A stretch of 64,000 nt of DNA from Rhodothermales bacterium. Its GTDB lineage: Bacteria; Bacteroidota; Rhodothermia; Rhodothermales; Bin80. The notes beneath the pieces were generated by a model. It did not search any database, was not told where the DNA came from, and saw nothing but the letters and a program-made list of their open reading frames with translations. Both the position numbers and the translations under genes were made by a program. The stretch lies in the NCBI GenBank assembly GCA_022822185.1, contig JAJECE010000079.1, positions 547 to 64,546 of the forward strand, read 5' to 3'. Shown here piece by piece: positions 1 to 9,280 of the stretch (positions are counted from its first letter, which is position 1; every line of letters starts with the position of its first letter).

Positions 1-68
1 CAGACCGGTCGCATGACGCTGGTGAAGTAACTTGCCAAGAGTCGCCTCACGACTTGGTTAAAAGAAAC

Positions 69-104
69 AGAGCGCCCCGGTATCGAAAGATGCCGGGGCG
101 CTCT
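69..104. terminator. Stem-loop downstream of a truncated + strand ORF end (possible terminator)
   Basis: 16-bp stem agagcgccccggtatc / gatgccggggcgctct (one G-U pair) with a GAAA loop. It lies 39 nt after an in-frame stop at 28-30. No T-tract follows, so intrinsic-terminator function is uncertain. Confidence 0.4.
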
Positions 105-272
105 TGGGTTGGAGGGACAATCAATTAATATTTTATAAAATGGGATTAGAATCTGTATGCAGATGAGGTGGGTTTAGGCAAATGAAACGGATACGCCCAT
201 GGTTATTTTTACCGAAAATTCATCTTTAGCCTGAAGCATGAGCGGTCATTTCGGCCGGAAATTCAGTTTGAC

Positions 273-632
273 TCACAATCGTGTGCGGGATGCTGACCAA
301 ATCCCCCCTCCCTTGCGCCCCTTCCTCAGCACAATGTCTAATCCTTTGGCGGATGTCTGTCCGTCATTCTCTTTCAGGTAGCGAATGGCAGGCCATACAT
401 ATGCCATAATATGCTGTAGCCAGCCGTAGGTCTGCTCCGCAATCTTTTCTTCCCATTCTGTGGTATCCATGTCCACACCACCATTATTTACGAGCCAGTC
501 CCGAATGACCGCTCTTGTGGCTTCCCTCTTAAGTGCTCCCAATTCAAATTTTCGTCTCCCGTCAAAACGTGAAACCCCTGCCTGTCGGAAAGCCTCCGTG
601 CTCCCGCCCAGGCCTGTCGCGACCGGCATCAC
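273..632 (-). CDS. C-terminal half of the same ATPase family (possible frameshift product or pseudogene fragment)
   Basis: GGSTEAF...SRFDGRRKFELGALKREATRAVIRDWL matches the GS....spLfGR...i.L.pL..eea..fl segment that follows Walker B in intact PF01637-like ATPases. It is in a different frame from 629-1168. Confidence 0.45.
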   Translation of the reverse strand: MMPVATGLGGSTEAFRQAGVSRFDGRRKFELGALKREATRAVIRDWLVNNGGVDMDTTEWEEKIAEQTYGWLQHIMAYVWPAIRYLKENDGQTSAKGLDIVLRKGRKGGGIWSASRTRL

Positions 633-1168
633 CGCTCTCCCGCATGAATCTTTTTGAGAAAACTCTGTGCGGCCGTGAAGCGGTCTCCGTGATCTGGCGT
701 GATGTCTTCCAATAGGCGCTGCGCCTCATCCAGTTGCAGCATGAGCGGTGTACGTACATTCCTGATCACATTTTGGAGTGTCAGTTTCTTCGGACGCTCG
801 AATTCTATTCCTGCCGTGAATCCTTTCACGTCGCCGCCAATAGATAGGAGCTTCAGCCACTCGAAGCGTACTTTTTTCAAAGTGCGGAACATGATTTCGG
901 GATCAAGAAGGTCGTCTGGCTCAATATTGGCCACCATCCACTTCTGCTCCCGTGCCTGTCTTGCACATTCAACGAGCAGGGCGGACTTCCCGGCTCCAGT
1001 GCTGCCTGAATCAGGATTACGGTGCCGGATTTGGCCTCCTTCGCCAGAGAACATGGACTCTTTCAAGTTTTTCAGGATTCCCGTGCGTCCATGAAAGTAT
1101 TTCGCCTCCCCCCGCTCAAAGGAGCCGGTAGGATGCGGGGCAGGTGGAGGTGTTTCTGATTTACTCAT
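629..1168 (-). CDS. AAA-type ATPase, N-terminal half (Walker A/B); apparently split from the next ORF
   Basis: Walker A GSTGAGKS and Walker B LMLQLDEAQ. The N-terminal FHGRTGILKNL resembles the F.GRe.EL start of PF01637/PF13191-type ATPases. The stop overlaps the next ORF's start as ATGA at 629-632. Confidence 0.6.
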   Translation of the reverse strand: MSKSETPPPAPHPTGSFERGEAKYFHGRTGILKNLKESMFSGEGGQIRHRNPDSGSTGAGKSALLVECARQAREQKWMVANIEPDDLLDPEIMFRTLKKVRFEWLKLLSIGGDVKGFTAGIEFERPKKLTLQNVIRNVRTPLMLQLDEAQRLLEDITPDHGDRFTAAQSFLKKIHAGER

Positions 1169-1476
1169 GGAAGTACAAGTTGTGTGGATGACGGGAATCT
1201 GTTCGTGAGTAGCTATGTGCTGTTAAGGTTCCTCTGAATCTATTTCACGTGTCATCGGAGTCATCAACAGAGACATTCCTGCCCGAGCAGCAGCCTCAGT
1301 CCTAAAGACCGCTGGAGGGTAAAACCACACTGTGTCCCTGCTTACTCAGCCGGAAAGGTTCCATGCCGCCCTTATCGTTCAAGGGCATAAATCTGGATTT
1401 TTATCCGTCTTGTCGATTCTACGATCTTATCCGATCTGGACGGGGCAGGCTTGATGCAGAATACGCGTAGGTTTTG

Positions 1477-3036
1477 TTATTCATAATCTTCTTTGATTGC
1501 GTGCATCGTTGCGCTGGCCGATAGAACGACCCCCGGCACTCCCGCACCTGGATGTGTCCCTGCTCCGACCAGATATAAGCCGTCCACATCTTCGCTCCGA
1601 TTGTGAGGCCGAAACCATGCGGTCTGCGTAATTCTTGGCTCAATGCCAAAAGCATTGCCCAGTGTCGAGTTATATTCAGATTCAAAATTACTCGGGGTAA
1701 AGGCATGTTGAACTTCAATGGAGTCTCTCAGATTTTCTAGCCCCCACTTTTCGAGTGCGTTAATAACGCGATCTGTCATCAGGTCCGTGGTAAGTTTCCA
1801 GTCGGTGCCTGAAGCAAGATTTGGTACAGGGACAAGGATGTAGATACTCTCCCCTTCCGGGGGTGCCATGGCCGGTTCCGTCCGGCTTGGTACATGCAGG
1901 TACATGCTGAAGTCTTCTGCCAGGATCTTTCGATCAAAGATGTCCTGCACTAATCCTTTATAGCGTGGTCCAAGGATGATCGTGTGATGGGACAGCTGCG
2001 GATATTTTCTCCGCACTCCGAGATAGAGCAGAAAGCAGCTCATGGACTGATGAATTTTTTTCAGCCGGGAGTTTGTCCAGCGGCGGCAATCAACATGATC
2101 CAACAGTTTGCCGTACGTATGACTTACGTCAGCATTGCTGACCACAATATCAGCAGGGATGAATGATTTGGCATTTTGCTGCTGATCCCGCACCTGGACA
2201 CCTGTAACCTTCGGGCGCCTGCCTTGGCTGTTAGCCACTTCAATACGCTTCACAGAGGTTTGTAATCGGACATGCCCGCCGATATCCTGAAATAATTGTG
2301 CAAACCCTTGGACAAGGCTGTAAATCCCCCCGTTCGCATACCATACGCCCCCTTCTTTTTCAAGGTAGGGGATCATAAGAAAGATGGATGGGGTACGGAA
2401 TGGGCTGCCTCCTAAAAAGAGTGGATGGAATGAGTAGAGGAAGTGGTGTCGCCAGTTACGAAAATATTGACGAACAAATCTCGCTACCGGCTGCCATGCA
2501 CCCAGACGAATGACACGCGGTGCAAATGCAGCCATCATACCGAGTGAGTCAAAGGGGCGTGCTCCGAGGCCTTCGGTGATTACAGATTTATAGATGGGTT
2601 CAAGTCTGGAGAAAAAATCTTCCAGGCGATCAGCATCACGTTGATCAAACTCGGCCATAGATGCTTTCATTTGAGCAAGATCAGACCGGTAATCCAGATG
2701 GGTTCCATCATGAAACCAGACTCGGTAAAACGGGTCAAGGGGAACCAGCGTCACATAGTCGTCCATCCGCCGTCCCGCCGTTTGGAAGACATCGTCCAAT
2801 AGTGGCGGGGCGGTGATGAGGCTGGGACCGGTGTCAAACGTATACCCGGCATCGACAATTTGCCCGGCCCTTCCGCCTAGTTGAGGGCGTTGCTCAATAA
2901 GGGTCGTTTCCATGCCGGCTGCCTGCAGCCGGATGGCAACTGCGAGTCCCCCAAAACCGCTGCCAATCACGACGGCCCGACGTTTCGGACATGATGGGTC
3001 ATTCAAATGAGTTTGCATGCAGGAAAAGTCAGTCAC
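1477..3036 (-). CDS. Phytoene desaturase family FAD oxidoreductase (CrtI/CrtD-like)
   Basis: N-terminal dinucleotide fold VVIGSGFGGLAVAIRLQAAGMETTLIEQRPQLGGRAG. CrtI-like length of 519 aa. GTGA overlap with the upstream phytoene synthase gene. An alternative ATG start is at 3018. Confidence 0.85.
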   Translation of the reverse strand: MTDFSCMQTHLNDPSCPKRRAVVIGSGFGGLAVAIRLQAAGMETTLIEQRPQLGGRAGQIVDAGYTFDTGPSLITAPPLLDDVFQTAGRRMDDYVTLVPLDPFYRVWFHDGTHLDYRSDLAQMKASMAEFDQRDADRLEDFFSRLEPIYKSVITEGLGARPFDSLGMMAAFAPRVIRLGAWQPVARFVRQYFRNWRHHFLYSFHPLFLGGSPFRTPSIFLMIPYLEKEGGVWYANGGIYSLVQGFAQLFQDIGGHVRLQTSVKRIEVANSQGRRPKVTGVQVRDQQQNAKSFIPADIVVSNADVSHTYGKLLDHVDCRRWTNSRLKKIHQSMSCFLLYLGVRRKYPQLSHHTIILGPRYKGLVQDIFDRKILAEDFSMYLHVPSRTEPAMAPPEGESIYILVPVPNLASGTDWKLTTDLMTDRVINALEKWGLENLRDSIEVQHAFTPSNFESEYNSTLGNAFGIEPRITQTAWFRPHNRSEDVDGLYLVGAGTHPGAGVPGVVLSASATMHAIKEDYE

Positions 3037-4922
3037 TTTGTGTTGAGGGTTTTCGAGACCTGCTGGAGCTGTTTCAGGCCTTTGCGTGCTAAGACGGTCT
3101 TCTTCTGAAACGAGGTAAATGCTCGCCGGGTCATGTTATCGTGCCCATTGGCCCGGACTTCGTCATGAATTCCGCGATATACCCGTGCCGCAATGGCAAT
3201 GGAACGGCGCAAGCGGGGCGGAAGTGACGGGATACCTTTATATGCCCGGTTATATGCGGAATCGGCCTCCGCCATAATCTCCTCAAGAAGTTTGATGTAA
3301 TCGGTGGGAACCATGCCGGTTGATGCCGCCTGTGATTGTATGTTCGTAAGCATTTCTGGTGTGATATGGTGTATTGCCATGAGGTCCGCGGGCAGATAGA
3401 TCCGTCCCATATCCAGATCTTCGCCAACATCACGCACAATATTTGTGAGTTGCATGGCGTGTCCCAAATCGTGTGCACGTTCCAGCACCCAGGGTTCTCT
3501 GACTCCAAATGCCTGGGTAATCCAGTCGCCAACCACGGAAGCGACCCGATAGGTATATCTGCGCAATTCCTCCATTGAACGGTAGATCTGCGGCTCAACA
3601 TCCATCCGCATTCCCTGAATGAGTTCAGAAACCAAAGAGTAGGGGATCTGCATCTTTGCCATCCGGGTCATGACAACATCCGCCACATGGATTCCCGTGG
3701 AAGATCCGCGATAAGCGGAATGCGTGATCTGATCCCACAGGTCAAGTGTCTCATGGGCATGAATTTTCATATCCCCATCCTTGTCAACCAGATTATCGGT
3801 AAACCGGCAGAATACATAGATCTCGTTGATGATTGTCCGCTCTTCCGGGGGGAAGAATCGTGAGGCAAAGGAGAAACTCCGGCTATTTCGGGCAAAAAAC
3901 TTTCGCCAATCTGCAACCTCTCCGAGTTGTTGGGATCGGATTGCAATTTGTGCAGTGGTGACGACTTGGGTTAAGGGGGATGGCGGAGAAAGTTTTCGGG
4001 GTGCAGCCAGATCAGCACAATTGCCGTTTCGGAAGGCATCAATACATTGATCAATCCATTCGGATAAAACTTCGGTTAGGGGAGACTGTGTCCCCAGGTC
4101 ACGGATTTGTTTCAAAAGCGTGGTTCCACGTTCCTGTATTTGTTGCAGAGCTTCTTCGGCCATGGACGGTTTGCCATGGTCTCTGCGAAAAAATGTATTC
4201 AGCGCTTCTTCAGGAGATTGATCAAACCATTCATTTCCACGGCTCCCCAAAACAAATGTCCAAATCTTGTTGTTAAAATCCTGAAGTTTGGGTTTACCGG
4301 TATTCCCTGCCGGGCAGTAATCCAGGAAGTCATCGACCATCTGGTATAAGACACCCAGTTCAGTCCCCACTTCGCGTAACTCTGCAGCGGTGGCATCAGC
4401 GTAACCGGCCCAGCCGGGTAATGCCGCTGCGATGCCAAAAAGCGCTCCGCTTTTCATGCGTACGATTTGTTCATACTTCGTCTGATGGTCAATCCGTGCC
4501 TCAAGTTGGTCCTGGAGACTCTCTCCCCGGACCATGGCTTCAACTGCGTCAATAAATTCCGTAAGAAACTCCTGAATCCCGCTCTTGCTGGCGATTCGGT
4601 ATGCACTGGTCAGGTATAAATCACCTAACAGCAATGAGGCATCCGTTCCTTTCCGAGCCAGAAGAGTTGCAGCACCACGTCGTTGTAATCCGCCGTCAAG
4701 TACATCATCGTGATGAAGGGATGCCTCATGCACCATTTGGATCGCAAGGCAACCCAGCCAAAACTCTTCGCTCAGTGATTGCTGCCGGTCAGGAGACACA
4801 AAACACAGTGCGGTTAGAGGACGAAGCAGTTTTCCTTGCGGATGGGACACGGTCATGCCAAACCTCTCGGCCAGAACACATCCCCTCGTAATTCCATTCT
4901 GCACAAGTTCAACCGCGGTCAT
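3033..4922 (-). CDS. Fusion protein: polyprenyl diphosphate synthase (N-terminal) plus phytoene/squalene synthase (C-terminal)
   Basis: The N-terminal half has two DDxxD motifs (HHDDVLDG, MVDDFLDY) typical of trans-prenyltransferases. The C-terminal half has SFSFASRFFPPEERTIINEIYVFCRFTDNLVD and NIVRDVGEDLDMGRIYLP, typical of CrtB/SQS_PSY enzymes. It is a single uninterrupted 629-aa ORF. Confidence 0.85.
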   Translation of the reverse strand: MTAVELVQNGITRGCVLAERFGMTVSHPQGKLLRPLTALCFVSPDRQQSLSEEFWLGCLAIQMVHEASLHHDDVLDGGLQRRGAATLLARKGTDASLLLGDLYLTSAYRIASKSGIQEFLTEFIDAVEAMVRGESLQDQLEARIDHQTKYEQIVRMKSGALFGIAAALPGWAGYADATAAELREVGTELGVLYQMVDDFLDYCPAGNTGKPKLQDFNNKIWTFVLGSRGNEWFDQSPEEALNTFFRRDHGKPSMAEEALQQIQERGTTLLKQIRDLGTQSPLTEVLSEWIDQCIDAFRNGNCADLAAPRKLSPPSPLTQVVTTAQIAIRSQQLGEVADWRKFFARNSRSFSFASRFFPPEERTIINEIYVFCRFTDNLVDKDGDMKIHAHETLDLWDQITHSAYRGSSTGIHVADVVMTRMAKMQIPYSLVSELIQGMRMDVEPQIYRSMEELRRYTYRVASVVGDWITQAFGVREPWVLERAHDLGHAMQLTNIVRDVGEDLDMGRIYLPADLMAIHHITPEMLTNIQSQAASTGMVPTDYIKLLEEIMAEADSAYNRAYKGIPSLPPRLRRSIAIAARVYRGIHDEVRANGHDNMTRRAFTSFQKKTVLARKGLKQLQQVSKTLNTK

Positions 4923-5749
4923 GGAGATCCCGTCAATCCTGACGTTGAGTTACTTCGGTAAAGCATAATTCGGATTCCTGCAAACGCAGTGAAGGTTAGG
5001 ATTCCGGCAAGCCAGTAGCCTGCAAGGAGTGTCATTCCCAAAGAGAGCATGATCACGGTGATATAGTACGTTTCCATGATGGGTACCGGAATCCGGTCGG
5101 CGATCTTATCTACCTTTAACAGGTGGAAACCAACCATAATGAGGAGCCCGGTTCCGAGCCATCCCAGCAGGTTTACCAGAGGCATTCCGTAGTAGGGGCC
5201 TGGATTTTCCCACTGCCAGTAGGGGGTCAGATCACTCATTGCCGGATCAAGCGTTAAATCCCAGACTGTCAGTAGTACGGCACCCAGGATCCAGACCAGG
5301 ATTTTGCTGGACGTAATCTGTCGTGCGAGTAAATAGGATGGAAATGCCATCATAAACCAACTGAAGGGAATCAGGAGTGGAACTAAATTCGCAATACGGT
5401 ATCCCAGCAGCCCCGTATATTCGTATCCCCCGAAAGGGAATCCAGTGTACGTTCCTGTTAATTCCATTCCCAATGAGATGATACAGGTCAGCACCATGGC
5501 GGGAAGCCATTTGAGGCCAATACGCGGGGTGAGCAGTATCGCTAGCACCAGGAAGGCCAGAATTACATGTCCGCGCGAAAAAAGAAGGAAGGCAGTTCCA
5601 TAAAAATTCGCTGCCGATGGAATCTCGGCCAATAGTTCTGGATGTAATCCAAATGTACCGTAGCCGGCTATGGTTACTGCGGTAAAGAGCCAGAGAAAGG
5701 CGAAATTTGACCAATCCAGGAATGTGAAGGCGGGCGTAGGCTTAGACAT
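4919..5749 (-). CDS. Polytopic membrane protein, carotenoid biosynthesis protein family (PF04240/CruF-like, putative carotenoid hydratase)
   Basis: About 7 hydrophobic segments and a GFPFGGYEYTG motif like the G.PFG.Y.Y signature of the Caroten_synth family. ATGA-coupled to the phytoene synthase gene. Confidence 0.65.
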   Translation of the reverse strand: MSKPTPAFTFLDWSNFAFLWLFTAVTIAGYGTFGLHPELLAEIPSAANFYGTAFLLFSRGHVILAFLVLAILLTPRIGLKWLPAMVLTCIISLGMELTGTYTGFPFGGYEYTGLLGYRIANLVPLLIPFSWFMMAFPSYLLARQITSSKILVWILGAVLLTVWDLTLDPAMSDLTPYWQWENPGPYYGMPLVNLLGWLGTGLLIMVGFHLLKVDKIADRIPVPIMETYYITVIMLSLGMTLLAGYWLAGILTFTAFAGIRIMLYRSNSTSGLTGSP

Positions 5750-5991
5750 GACAGGGGAGGCAAACTATAACAGTCAGTGAACTGAGTGTGTGTCTAATCG
5801 TCAAGGTTATCCTGCTGGTATTACTTACTGTGCTTGAATATTCGTCCCGAAGACACGCCGTGTACCTGAATTGCTATTATCTGTTCCAAGCAGGATGGAT
5901 CTAATTACGGGATCTGTTATCGAGGGAGCATGAGAGTCCGGCAGCAACCATCTCCGGCCCCTTGAGACATCGTTAGCAGAAACAGTTATCT

Positions 5992-7764
5992 TCAATTTTG
6001 CTGTGTGTGGGGAATGGATTTGGGAAGATCAACGCGGACCGTCATAATATCCGCTCCATGATATTGCTGATGTCGCACCGAGGCCGCTAAATGGCGTAGG
6101 AGCCGGAGCGAGATTTCTTTTTCAAGGAATCCTTCTTCGGCCTGCTCGCTGAGCAAAGCAACCTGATCCTGAAGGTTCTCTCCTTTGCCAGTTGTTGAGA
6201 TGAACTCCAGAACGGCCCCGCCGCTCACCTTGCGCACAAGTACTAAAAGTCTGCGCATTCCAGTGTCCCTGTCCGCTTCGTACTGATCGATGAGGGTGAT
6301 CAATACTTCCTCTCCCACTGCACACAGACGGTCCTTCATCCGTTGTCCCCACCCATGGCGGTCTGCAAACTCGTCAAAGAATGTCATAAGTCGTGTAAGA
6401 GCAGCAGGATTTAGTTCAGCAGTGAGACGTCTTGGGCGGGATTCCGTCATCTTCATGAGCAAGGTCATCAGAATTGCGACTATTCCACCTGCAGTCATTC
6501 CATTGTTTAGAAGCCCTCCCGCAAATTCAGACACAAGATCTGGAAAGATCAGTTGATTCTGGAATCCTAAACCAATCCAGAACGAGACACCGGCGATGAG
6601 GCTTTTTTGATAATCCAGCCCATCCTGAACGATCATTTGAACTCCGATCATGAACAGCATTGCCATCATCACGATCAGGTAGGCAGCAAAGACGGGGCCG
6701 GGGATTGCCAATACTAGTGCGATCACCTTGGGGAGGAAGGCCAGAGCCACCAGCAATGCTCCCGCTGCGATTCCCATGTAGCGGGATGCGACTCCTGTGA
6801 GCTGGGCCAAAGATGCGGCTATTGAGTAGGCGGTGCCGGGGATCGCCCCCGCAAGGCCTGCAAGCATATTGCCGGCTCCGTCTGTGGCTACGGCTCCCTG
6901 AACGAGGCGATAGTCTACGGCTCCAGGCTTCCGCCAGGAAACCCGGTGTACGGCGACGGCGCTGCTCATCGTACGGATCGAACTAATGGTGGCCGCCAGA
7001 ATGAACCCTGGAAGAAGCCCCCAGAAAGCCGGCCCAAAATGAAGACTGAGTCCAGACCAGCCCAGTTCAGGCAGGCCAACCCATGGTGCTTCCATGACCC
7101 GAGATACATCGTAAATACCATACACCGCTGCAATGACGGTTCCTGCTATAACGCCCAGAACGGATGCCCATAAACGGAGCATCCCCCGACTCAGAAGATA
7201 TGCGCCGCAGATTGCGGTCACGGTGACGAATGCAATCACGGGAGCTGCCAGTGAAGACCGGCCCGTCGGCACCTCTCCAAGCAGATTGAACATGGGCGAC
7301 ATCACCGAAATCGGGATCAGCATGAGTACGGTTCCCGAAACGGTTGGGGTCAAAATCTTCCGAAATAATGAGAGTTTCTGAGAGATGACAATCTGGGTCA
7401 GGCCTGCGAAGAGAACGAGGATTCCCAGCATGCCGGCTCCGCCGCTGTTGAGCGCGTCAATACAGACAGCGACGAAAGTCCCTGTACTTCCCATCAGAAG
7501 TGTGTGTCCCATTCCGAAGCGCCCCATTCGCATGGATTGCGCAATGGTGGTTGCCCCCGTCACCACAATAGCGGCAAATACAGCCCAGACAAGGTATGCC
7601 TCGCTTACTTCCCCGGCTCGAAATACAACCATAGACAATAAAATTGTCATAGATAGTGCAACAATCATCAGTTGCAACCCTAGTCCAAGGGAGACAGGCA
7701 GGGGCAACCTGTCGTCGGGTTCATACAAAATGCCCGACAATGCGCCGTGTTTGTCAGATGACAT
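5992..7764 (-). CDS. NCS2 (xanthine/uracil/vitamin C) family permease with a ~130-aa cytoplasmic C-terminal extension
   Basis: 590 aa. About 12-14 TM segments with a glycine-rich NCS2-like pattern. The soluble tail starts near TESRPRRLTAEL. Confidence 0.7.
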   Translation of the reverse strand: MSSDKHGALSGILYEPDDRLPLPVSLGLGLQLMIVALSMTILLSMVVFRAGEVSEAYLVWAVFAAIVVTGATTIAQSMRMGRFGMGHTLLMGSTGTFVAVCIDALNSGGAGMLGILVLFAGLTQIVISQKLSLFRKILTPTVSGTVLMLIPISVMSPMFNLLGEVPTGRSSLAAPVIAFVTVTAICGAYLLSRGMLRLWASVLGVIAGTVIAAVYGIYDVSRVMEAPWVGLPELGWSGLSLHFGPAFWGLLPGFILAATISSIRTMSSAVAVHRVSWRKPGAVDYRLVQGAVATDGAGNMLAGLAGAIPGTAYSIAASLAQLTGVASRYMGIAAGALLVALAFLPKVIALVLAIPGPVFAAYLIVMMAMLFMIGVQMIVQDGLDYQKSLIAGVSFWIGLGFQNQLIFPDLVSEFAGGLLNNGMTAGGIVAILMTLLMKMTESRPRRLTAELNPAALTRLMTFFDEFADRHGWGQRMKDRLCAVGEEVLITLIDQYEADRDTGMRRLLVLVRKVSGGAVLEFISTTGKGENLQDQVALLSEQAEEGFLEKEISLRLLRHLAASVRHQQYHGADIMTVRVDLPKSIPHTQQN

Positions 7765-8101
7765 ACTTCATTGGATTGACCCGAAATGCACACGATTTGT
7801 CCCTGAAAAGTAGCACATTTCATGCTCACGAAAATTAAACTGCACGAAGTTCATGGAGAGATGCCCTGTATCATCATGTGTCGGGAGAAATAGGAGTTCA
7901 GTTGGAGGCGGAAGCATTGGGGCAGGTTGATTGCCGAAGTAGAACCGGGTGGATCAACCCTGAATCTTCAGACGCTTTATTGCTGCTCCTGAAAAAACGT
8001 CCAGTCGCTTCAGGTTTTTGAAAATCCGCAGATTGGAGATTGTGCTGGAGGGAAAATGCATTCAATAACAGACATGTTCGTTTTTTTTGCAGGCGGTCCC
8101 C

Positions 8102-9280
8102 TCATTGGAGCAGCCACGCACGAAATCGCTCATTCATTTCGTCCTGATGATCCACCCACCAGGACGCGTCATAATATAAAACACGCTGCATATTGGCCGG
8201 ACTTGCAGGCAGATGGGGTTCCATGTCCACACCGGCGACTACATGAGTAGTCACCAGTGACATCCCGGACTCCCGAACAGGAGAGTAGGAGATTCTTCTC
8301 CCGATCTGCGATAGCGCCTCCGCGCTGGTTGCGTACGCAATATATTCCAGGGCCTCCTTGAGGCGGGGGGTACCTGCGACAATTCCGATCTGCCCTACAT
8401 CAAGCATCTGCCCGTCCCAGACAATCACAAATGGCTGGTTTTCAAGGATCTGTGCGTTGAATATCCGCCCGTTAAATGATGTGCTCATGATCACTTCTCC
8501 GTCGGCAAGCATTTGGGGCGGCTGTGCGCCCGCCTCCCACCAGACGACTGCGTCCTTGATAGTTTCAAGCTTTTTGAAAGCACGATCTTTGCCCTCTGGA
8601 GTGTCCAGGGTTGCGTACACCTGATGGAATGGAACGCCGTCCGCAATCAGTGCCCATTCAAGGTTTACCTGCGGGACGCGTCGCATTCCCCGTCGCCCTG
8701 GGAAGGTCTCCAGGTCAAAAAAGTCTGCGATCGTCGTGGGCTTCATGCCGGAGACAGTTTCCTCGCTGTAGGCATACACAGTGGAATAATAGACATTGCC
8801 GATCCCGCATTTAGTGATAGTTCCGTCTACAAAATCATCAATTGCAGGGGTTCCGTCGGGGCCGGGCGGGAGCAGTCTGACATCAATCGGTTCCAGAATC
8901 CCCTCATCACACCCCCGAATTGCGTCGGCCATCTCAAGATCCACCACATCCCAGTGGACGTTGCGAATCTGCACTTGTGCACGGATCTGGGCAAGTCCGC
9001 CATTGTAGTCCAGAACGTCAATGCCAGTACCGGTTATATCTGTAAAAGGGATATTTACCCCTTGATTGACGGCATGTCCATACGAACCTCCCCAGGAGGC
9101 CAGCGTGATGGACCGGGGCCTATCGGTTCCACATCCGGCGATCAACAGGGTGATCAGGAATGTGAAGCCGGCCGCTTTCAGTGAATTATTCACGGGTTCA
9201 TCTTTTTGACGGGAAGGAATCTCGTACATAATCGCAGCCTTTGTGGGATTTCTGGCAGGTCGCTTCACTGAACCAGCCAT
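8102..9280 (-). CDS. ABC-transporter-type periplasmic solute-binding lipoprotein (PotD/PotF-like family 1 SBP), paralog A
   Basis: Lipobox LIAGCG, then SWGGSYGHAVNQGVNIPF. Length and pattern match extracellular solute-binding proteins. The likelier start is M18 at 9229, which removes the overlap with paralog B. Confidence 0.75.
   Translation of the reverse strand: MAGSVKRPARNPTKAAIMYEIPSRQKDEPVNNSLKAAGFTFLITLLIAGCGTDRPRSITLASWGGSYGHAVNQGVNIPFTDITGTGIDVLDYNGGLAQIRAQVQIRNVHWDVVDLEMADAIRGCDEGILEPIDVRLLPPGPDGTPAIDDFVDGTITKCGIGNVYYSTVYAYSEETVSGMKPTTIADFFDLETFPGRRGMRRVPQVNLEWALIADGVPFHQVYATLDTPEGKDRAFKKLETIKDAVVWWEAGAQPPQMLADGEVIMSTSFNGRIFNAQILENQPFVIVWDGQMLDVGQIGIVAGTPRLKEALEYIAYATSAEALSQIGRRISYSPVRESGMSLVTTHVVAGVDMEPHLPASPANMQRVLYYDASWWVDHQDEMNERFRAWLLQ

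Noticed and set aside
8039-8053. 15-nt exact repeat attgtgctggaggga, also present at 13089-13103, both in intergenic DNA
   Set aside because: For a 64-kb window one or two exact 15-mer coincidences are expected by chance. No extended similarity or symmetric structure surrounds either copy.
8513-9184. 223-aa + strand ORF antisense to the solute-binding protein gene (and similar ones at 9455-9781, 20147-20779, 23687-24355, 53680-54369)
   Set aside because: Each fully overlaps a gene with strong family motifs on the other strand and has no recognisable motifs of its own. They are treated as chance antisense ORFs.
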